Program-made: the position numbers and the translations under genes
Part shown: piece by piece, positions 21,785 to 28,110 of the stretch
How positions within the stretch are numbered: the first letter of the stretch is position 1
Layout: the number at the start of each line of letters is the position of its first letter
The notes under the pieces: model-generated
Databases searched by the model: none
Seen by the model: only the letters and a program-made list of their open reading frames with translations
What the model was told of the DNA's origin: nothing
Source: an uncultured Gemmatimonadaceae bacterium
GTDB lineage: Bacteria; Gemmatimonadota; Gemmatimonadetes; Gemmatimonadales; Gemmatimonadaceae
Assembly: GCA_963751275.1 (NCBI GenBank)
Contig: CAVVTZ010000004.1
Span: 1 to 28,110 of the forward strand
DNA length: 28,110 nucleotides
Direction of reading: 5' to 3'

Positions 21785-24388
21785 ATGTTGAACCCCGACA
21801 AGCTGACCGTCAAAGCCGGCGAGGCGATCAAAGAAGCGCTCAACCTCGCTCGCCGCGCCGGCAATCCGCTCGTCTACGACGGCCATCTCCTGAACGCCCT
21901 CCTCGGCCAGGACGAGGGGATCGTCGTCCCCCTGCTGCAGAAGATCGGCGTCAACGCCGCCGGCCTCCGCGCCCAGGTCGAGAAGGAGATCGCGCGCTAT
22001 CCCAAGCAGAGCGGCGGCTCCGAGCCGTCGCTCTCCCGCGAGCTCAACCAGGTGCTGGACAAGGCCGAGGAAGAGGCCAAGGCGCTGAAGGACGAGTACG
22101 TCAGCACCGAGCACTTCCTGCTGGCGCTGGCGACGGTCAAGAAAACGGAGAGCTACACCCTGCTCAATGCCGTGGGTGCGAACCGCGAGGCGCTGCTCGA
22201 AGCCTTCGAGCAGGTGCGCGGCGCTCACCGGGTGACGGACCAGAATCCCGAGAACCAGTACCAGGCGCTCCAGCGCTTCACGCGCGACCTCACCGAAGCG
22301 GCGCGCAAGGGCAAGCTCGACCCCGTGATCGGCCGCGACGAGGAGATCCGCCGCGTGATCCAGGTGCTCTCGCGCCGCACGAAGAACAATCCGGTGCTCA
22401 TCGGCGAGCCCGGCGTCGGCAAGACGGCCATCGTCGAGGGGCTCGCGCAGCGCATCGTGAACGGCGACGTGCCCGAGAGTCTCAAGAACAAGCGGCTGGT
22501 CTCGCTGGACCTCGGCGCGCTGATCGCGGGCGCGAAGTTCCGCGGCGAGTTCGAGGAGCGGCTCAAGGCGGTGCTCAAGGAGATCGTCGCCGGCGAAGGG
22601 CTGTTCATCGTCTTCATCGACGAGATGCACACGATCGTCGGCGCGGGCGCCGCCGAAGGCGCGATGGACGCCGGCAACATGCTGAAGCCGATGCTCGCGC
22701 GCGGCGAGCTGCGCGTGGTGGGCGCCACCACGCTCGACGAGTACCGCAAGCACGTGGAGAAGGACCCGGCGCTCGAGCGGCGCTTCCAGCCCGTGTACGT
22801 GGGCGAGCCGAGCGTGGAGGACACGATCGCGATCCTGCGCGGGCTCAAGGAGCGCTACGAGGTGCACCACGGCGTGCGCATCACCGATGACGCGATCGTC
22901 GCCGCGGCCACGCTCTCGAATCGCTACATCGGCGACCGCTTCCTGCCCGACAAGGCGATCGATCTCATTGACGAGGCCGCGTCGCGCCTGCGCATCGAGA
23001 TCGACTCGCTGCCGCAGGAGATCGACGACGTCGAGCGGCGCGTGATGCAGCTCGAGATCGAGCGCCAGGCGCTCGCCAAGGAGAAGGACAAGGCGGCCAA
23101 GGAGCGGCGCGCCGCCATCGAGAAGGAACTCGCCGAGCTCAAGGAGAAGTCCGCCGGCATGAAGGCGCAGTGGCAGGCCGAGAAGAAACGCTCGGCAAGG
23201 TCGGCGAACTCAAGGGGCAGATCGAAGACGGCGCGCATCGAAGTCGAGAAGGCGCAGCGTGCCGGCGACCTGCAGCAAAGCGGCCGAATTGAGCTACGGC
23301 ACGATCCCCAAGCTCGAGCAGGAGCTGAAGGATGCCGAGGCCGCGATCAAGTCGCGGCAGACGGGCGGCACGCAGTTCCTGAAGGAGGAAGTGGACGCCG
23401 AGGACATCGCCGAGATCGTGGCGAAGTGGACGGGCATCCCGGTCACGCGGATGATGGAGAGCGAGAAGGAGCGGCTCACGAAGCTCGAGAGCGTGCTCGC
23501 GAGCCGCGTCGTCGGGCAGGCCGAGGCCGTCGCGCGCCGTGGCGAACGCGGTGCGGCGCTCGCGCGCCGGGCTGCAGGATCCCAACCGGCCCATTGGATC
23601 GTTCATCTTCCTCGGCCCCACGGGCGTGGGGAAGACGGAGACGGCGCGCGCGCTCGCGGAGTTCCTGTTCGACGACGAGCAGGCGATGGTGCGCATCGAC
23701 ATGTCGGAGTACATGGAGAAGCACGCGGTGTCGCGGCTGATCGGCGCGCCGCCGGGCTACGTCGGCTACGACGAGGGCGGCCAGCTCACCGAGGCGGTGC
23801 GCCGTCGGCCGTACTCGGTGGTGCTGTTCGACGAGATCGAGAAGGCGCATGCCGGACGTGTTCAACATCCTGCTCCAGATCCTCGACGACGGGCGGCTCA
23901 CCGATTCGCAGGGGCGCACGGTGGATTTCCGGAACACGGTGATCATCATGACGTCCAACATCGGCGGGGCGTACATCCTCGACGCGGCGAACCGCGACTG
24001 GCCGGCGGTCGGAGAAGGAAGTCCTGGAGGCGCTGCGCCAGCACTTCAAGCCGGAGTTCCTCAATCGCGTGGACGACATCATCGTCTTCCGCCCGCTCGG
24101 CGTGGAGCAGATCGAGCACATCGTGGACCTGCAGCTCAAGCGCCTCGAGCGCACGCTGGCCGACCGGAAGCTCACGCTCGAGGTGACGCACGGAGGCCAA
24201 GCGCGCGCTCGCCGAGGAGGGCTACGATCCGGCGTATCGGCGCGCGTCCGCTGAAGCGCGCGATCCAGCGGATGATCCAGAATCCGCTCGCGCTCGCGGT
24301 GCTCGAAGGAAAATTCAAGGACGGCGACCGCGTGGTCGCGAAGCTCGACGGCAATAAGCAGATCGTGCTCGAGCGGGCGGGCCCGTGA
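21785..24388 (+). CDS. clpB: ATP-dependent chaperone ClpB; about 8 single-base indels in the 3' half
   Basis: [15 protein letters not shown], Walker A GEPGVGKT, coiled-coil middle domain, second Walker [20 protein letters not shown] and [10 protein letters not shown]. Indels are near 23187, 23230, 23277, 23535, 23851, 24011, 24190 and 24238. Confidence 0.95.
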
Positions 24389-24852
24389 CGCAGGAGCGTG
24401 ACGTCGCGTTCATGAAGCAGGCGCTGGTGCTGGCGGCGGAAGCGGCGACATTCGGAGACGTACCGGTGGGCGCGCTGGTGGTGCGGCGCGACGAGATCAT
24501 CGCGAGCTCCGCGAACCGCACCGTGCGCGACCAGGACCCCACCGCGCACGCCGAGCTGCTCGCGATCCGCGCCGCGTCGCAGACACTCGGCAGCTGGCGG
24601 CTCGATGGCTGCTCGCTCTACGTGACGCTTGAGCCCTGCGCGATGTGCGCCGGGGCGATCGTGCTGGCTCGCGTGGATCGCGTCGTGTATGGCGCCTGGG
24701 ATGAGAAGGCGGGCATGGCGGGCAGCGTTGCCGACTTGTTGCGGCACCCGCGCCTGAACCATCGCCCCGAGGTCCTGGCCGGCGTCTGCGAGCCCTCCGC
24801 CGCCGCGATGCTGAAGGAATTCTTCGCCGAGCGCCGCGTGTCTAACGGCTAA
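24385..24852 (+). CDS. tadA: tRNA adenosine(34) deaminase
   Basis: [23 protein letters not shown] and FFAERR. Confidence 0.93.
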   Translation: MTQERDVAFMKQALVLAAEAATFGDVPVGALVVRRDEIIASSANRTVRDQDPTAHAELLAIRAASQTLGSWRLDGCSLYVTLEPCAMCAGAIVLARVDRVVYGAWDEKAGMAGSVADLLRHPRLNHRPEVLAGVCEPSAAAMLKEFFAERRVSNG

Positions 24853-24889
24853 CGTCGCCACGCCGCCTGTCTAGCGGCCAGCGTCGCCA
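24840..24889 (+). repeat. Imperfect 21-bp direct repeat built from heptamers
   Basis: GTCTAACGGCTAACGTCGCCA (24840-24860) versus GTCTAGCGGCCAGCGTCGCCA (24869-24889), 18/21 identical. Confidence 0.7.
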
Positions 24890-24890
24890 G

Positions 24891-24919
24891 TTGGTTCAGC
24901 GCCCCATCTCCGTTACATT
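24891..24919 (+). promoter_or_regulatory. Putative promoter of tRNA-Ser(CGA)
   Basis: TTGGTT, a 17-nt spacer, then TACATT. Confidence 0.5.
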
Positions 24920-24931
24920 GCACCCTCCCCA

Positions 24932-25018
24932 GGACGGGTGGCCGAGTGGTTGAAGGCACCGGTCTCGAAAACCGGCATACCCGAAAGGGTATCGTGAGTT
25001 CGAATCTCACCCCGTCCG
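24932..25018 (+). tRNA. tRNA-Ser(CGA)
   Basis: Acceptor GGACGGG/CCCGTCC, anticodon arm CCGGT-CTCGAAA-ACCGG, long variable arm ATACCC-GAAA-GGGTAT, T arm GTGAG-TTCGAAT-CTCAC, discriminator G; CCA is not encoded. Confidence 0.97.
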
Positions 25019-25030
25019 TTAGGCTCACTT

Positions 25031-25071
25031 GGAGCCCGCGCTAGGTCATAGTGCGGGCTCCTTTCGTTATT
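25031..25071 (+). terminator. Intrinsic terminator after tRNA-Ser(CGA)
   Basis: GGAGCCCGCGCTA-ggtca-TAGTGCGGGCTCC followed by TTTCGTTATT. Confidence 0.85.
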
Positions 25072-25290
25072 GGATCATCGCGGGGGGCGGTCGCGCCCCC
25101 GATCCGCTCGGGACCGCTTCCGCGCGCGACGCTGCGAGCCTCGCGATACGGCCGCGAGTCTCTTGCTGCGCGCTAACGCGGCCGCTCGCGGACCCGGGCC
25201 GCTCCCTCTCGCGATCTCGAACGACAGAGGCGCCTGCCACGCTTCGCGCGGGTTCGCCGCTCGCTTCGCGCTAACAGTACGCGGGGGGCA

Positions 25291-25318
25291 TTGCCGGCCG
25301 TGGCGGCGGACATAGCTT
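25291..25318 (+). promoter_or_regulatory. Putative promoter giving a probably leaderless mRNA
   Basis: TTGCCG, 16 nt, TAGCTT, 7 nt, then ATG at 25326; no Shine-Dalgarno. Confidence 0.5.
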
Positions 25319-25325
25319 CAGCGGC

Positions 25326-26429
25326 ATGACGCGACTCGCAGCTCTCTCCGTAGCAGTCGGCCTTGCGCTCACCGGCGCCCGCGCCACGTCCGCTCAGCGC
25401 GCGACGAATACCGTCGTGCTCATCGTCAGCGATGGGCTGCGCTGGCAGGAAGTGATGACCGGCGCCGATTCCACGCTGCTCGGGGAGCATGGCGGGAATT
25501 GGGAGAGCACGGCGCAGCTGCGCACGAAGTTCTGGAACGACGACGTCGCGAAGCGGCGCGCGATGCTCATGCCGTTCTTCTGGACCGTCGTGGCCAAGCA
25601 GGGGCAGGTATTCGGCGACCGCGCGCTCGGCAACGTCGCGCGCGTCACCAACGGGTACGGCTTCTCGTATCCCGGCTACAACGAGATGCTCACCGGGCGC
25701 GCCGACGCGCGGATCAACAGCAATGAGTTCGGGCCGAACCCGGACACGACGGTGTTCGAGTGGCTCAACGCGATGAAGCCGTATCACGGTCGCGTGGATG
25801 TGTACGCGACGTGGGCGACGTTCAAGGACATCTTCAACATCCCGCGCAGCCATCTCGCGATCCAGGCCGGCTGGGACCTGCCGCCGCACGCGCAACATAC
25901 GCCGCGCGATGCGCTGCTCGATTCGCTCTTCAGGATCACCACGAAGCTCGACGAAACGGACCTCACGAATTCATTCCTGCAGATCCCGCTCATCGACATG
26001 GTGCGCACCGGCGCGCCGCGCGTGCTCTTCGTCGGCTACGGCGAGACGGACAATTGGGCGCACTCGGGGCGCTACGACCTCGTGCTGGAGAGCGCGCATC
26101 AGATGGACGCCTTCGTGCAGCAGCTCTGGACCGTCATGCAGTCGATGCCTGAGTACCGCGGCCACACCACGTTCATCATCACCGCCGACCACGGCCGCGG
26201 CAGCGGACTCGAGGACTGGAAGCATCACGGCGAGCAGTATCCGGGCTCCGAGGACATCTGGATCGGCGTGATCGGCCCCGACACACCGGCGCTCGGCCCG
26301 CGGTCGGGCCCGCTCGTCATTACGCAGAGCCAGATCGCCGCGACGATCGCCGCGCTCCTCGGCGAGGACTACCGCAAGTTCTCCCCGCTCGCGGCGGCCC
26401 CGCTGCCGGTGTTCGCTATTTCGCGCTGA
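25326..26429 (+). CDS. Secreted alkaline phosphatase superfamily protein
   Basis: Signal peptide; VLIVSDGLR, FSYPGY (putative Ser nucleophile), ETDNWAH, ITADHGRG and WKHHG metal-binding motifs. Confidence 0.85.
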   Translation: MTRLAALSVAVGLALTGARATSAQRATNTVVLIVSDGLRWQEVMTGADSTLLGEHGGNWESTAQLRTKFWNDDVAKRRAMLMPFFWTVVAKQGQVFGDRALGNVARVTNGYGFSYPGYNEMLTGRADARINSNEFGPNPDTTVFEWLNAMKPYHGRVDVYATWATFKDIFNIPRSHLAIQAGWDLPPHAQHTPRDALLDSLFRITTKLDETDLTNSFLQIPLIDMVRTGAPRVLFVGYGETDNWAHSGRYDLVLESAHQMDAFVQQLWTVMQSMPEYRGHTTFIITADHGRGSGLEDWKHHGEQYPGSEDIWIGVIGPDTPALGPRSGPLVITQSQIAATIAALLGEDYRKFSPLAAAPLPVFAISR

Positions 26430-27653
26430 CGTCCGGCGTGCGGATGTGCTCCGCGCGGAACCCGATCCCCACGATGCGCGCGGGAATTCGGCGCAGGGGT
26501 GGAAAGGTCTTCACCATCCAGAGCAGGAAGGGGAGCCGCCTGATCGGCCCGCGCTGCGCGAGCGCGGGGGCGATCACGCGCTTGTGGATGATCGCCTGAC
26601 CGCGTTGTGTCAGGCGCGTCGGGAATGCGCGGCGCGCTTGCACGCGGCGAAGTGTCGCGAGATCCACGGTGCCTCGCGAAAGGGGTTCTGCCAGGATGTT
26701 CGCCGCCGCCACGGCGTCCTGGATGGCGAGATTGATCCCGATGCCGCCCACCGGACTCATCGCGTGCGCCGAGTCGCCGATGCAGAGCAGGCCGTCGCGC
26801 GCCCACTCCTGGAGATGGTCGAGGCGCACGGAGAGCAGCTTGATGTCATCCCAGCTCGCGAGCTTCTGCGTGCGCCCCACGAAGTACGGCGCGATGCGCT
26901 CGATCGTCGCGCGGAACGCGGGAAGCCCATCGCGCCGGATGGCCTCGAAGCCGCCCTTGGGGATGATGTATGCGCATTGCCAGTAGTCGCCTCGGTCGAG
27001 CGTGATGAGGATCCGGCCTTCGCGGATCCGGCCGAGGGTCTGCTTCGGATCGGTGGGCGCATGGTCGAGCCGCAGCCAGAGCACGTCGATCGGCACGCCG
27101 TAGTCGATGATCTCGAAGCCCGGCTTTCTCGCGGACGATGGAGTGGCGGCCGTCGGCGCCAACCGTGAGGTCCGCGCGGACTCGAACGGGCCGCTCGGCG
27201 ATGTGCCGCGGACGCCGACGACGCGGCCGTCCTCGACGATGAGATCGGTGACCTCATGCTCCATGCGCAGCATGGAATGCCGGCATACTGCTTGCCGAGC
27301 TCGGCGATGAAGTCCAGGAAGTCCCACTGCGGCATGAGCGCGAGGAACTTGCAGTGCGTGGGGAGATGCGTGAAGTCCGCGACGGGCACGAAGAAGTCGT
27401 CGATCTGCGCGCCGATCGTCGGGAACTCCTGATGCGGGCGCTTGAGGAACTCGTCGATCACGCCGAGTTCGTACATCAGTTCGAGCGTGGACGGATGGAT
27501 CGTGTCGCCGCGGAAGTCGCGGAAGAAGTCGGCGTGCTTCTCGAGGACGGTCACGTCGACGCCGGCGCGCGCGAGGAGGAGGCCGAGCACCATGCCGGCC
27601 GGCCCGCCGCCGACGATGCAGCAGCGGGCGCGATCGGGCGTCGCGGGCGTCAT
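26416..27653 (-). CDS. FAD-dependent monooxygenase/oxidoreductase (UbiH/PheA-like); about 3 indels between 27120 and 27290
   Basis: CCIVGGGPAGM (Rossmann), LEKHADFFRDFRGDTIHP and IGDSAHAMSPVGGIGINLAIQDA, spread over three frames. Confidence 0.9.
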
Positions 27654-27759
27654 GCGGGAATATGCGAATTGGTCGAGGACTGTCACGCGCTGCCGAAATT
27701 GCGCGGGCCTTGCGATCGGATAGACTTCCTGCGCGGCCGCTCCGGCGGCCGTTGTATTG

Positions 27760-27846
27760 GGATGGGTGGCCGAGTGGTTTAAGGCGCACGCCTGGAAAGC
27801 GTGTGGGGGTGAAAGGCTCTCGAGAGTTCGAATCTCGCCCCATCCG
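27760..27846 (+). tRNA. tRNA-Ser(GGA)
   Basis: Acceptor GGATGGG/CCCATCC, anticodon arm CACGC-CTGGAAA-GCGTG, long variable arm and TTCGAAT loop, with one A.G mismatch in the T stem. TTGCGC-N16-TAGACT lies upstream at 27699-27726. Confidence 0.93.
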
Positions 27847-27870
27847 TGAACGCGCCGATCGAGTGCGCGT

Positions 27871-28110
27871 CTACTGCAACGTGAGTTCGATCTCTGGGCT
27901 CGATCCGAAGATGCAGGTCGTAGAACCTGCGGCCAGGCCGGTGATGGGGACTCCCTCTTCCCCGTTACAGATATTCGGTGTCGGCATCATCGCGACGATC
28001 ATGTGGTAGGCGCCCGCTGGAAGAATGTCGAGGGAACCGGCGGCCAGGGTAAACGAGGTCGCGGTCGGCGCCAGGGTCCAGGAGAGATTACGAGTCAAAG
28101 GGTCATCTTG
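27871..28110 (-). CDS. Hypothetical protein, C-terminal part (start lies beyond the window)
   Basis: The minus-strand frame is open from 28110 (QDDPLTRNLSW...) to TAG at 27871-27873 and looks beta-rich. No family recognised. Confidence 0.55.
   Translation of the reverse strand, partial: QDDPLTRNLSWTLAPTATSFTLAAGSLDILPAGAYHMIVAMMPTPNICNGEEGVPITGLAAGSTTCIFGSSPEIELTLQ

Noticed and set aside
23180..24245. Programmed frameshifting or true pseudogenisation of clpB
   Set aside because: There are too many shifts and no slippery sites, the motifs are intact, and the same indel pattern occurs in unrelated genes.
20673..24889. CRISPR array from the GTCTAAC repeats
   Set aside because: The units are 6-7 nt without unique spacers, and there are no cas genes.
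24932..27846. tRNA-Sec near selB
   Set aside because: The anticodons are CGA and GGA with 7-bp acceptor stems, so both are ordinary tRNA-Ser.
27880..27894. CGTGAGTTCGA-TCTC resembling the tRNA-Ser(CGA) T arm (possible att remnant)
   Set aside because: It is short and gapped, lacks the acceptor 3' strand and lies inside a plausible CDS, so it is probably chance.

Overview
A very GC-rich bacterial chromosomal segment; gene content and order suggest Gemmatimonadota, which is an inference only. Most of it is housekeeping. A tightly coupled + strand operon runs ribD(partial)-ribE-ribBA-ribH-nusB-GT4 glycosyltransferase-HPF-like-hprK-mannose-family PTS IIA/IIB/IIC/IID-HPr-enzyme I. It is followed by ahcY, a DUF151 nuclease and an exported hypothetical protein; a cobalamin riboswitch controlling btuF-btuC-btuD-btuB; recO-selB; two small convergent exported proteins; clpB-tadA-tRNA-Ser(CGA); an alkaline-phosphatase-family gene; a FAD monooxygenase (- strand); tRNA-Ser(GGA); and a partial unknown gene. 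Many genes carry single-base indels, mostly +1, that look like assembly errors. The most unusual unexplained structure is a 206-bp gapless, loop-less imperfect palindrome (17808-18013) between btuB and recO. It has a perfect AT-rich 20-bp core, ~10-bp-phased CGA(A/G)T-like repeats in its arms, and RYYYAAC/GTTRRRY ends. A dispersed CTAAC/GTTAG heptamer family, a multi-hairpin element after tRNA-Ser(CGA) and several apparently leaderless genes are also notable.
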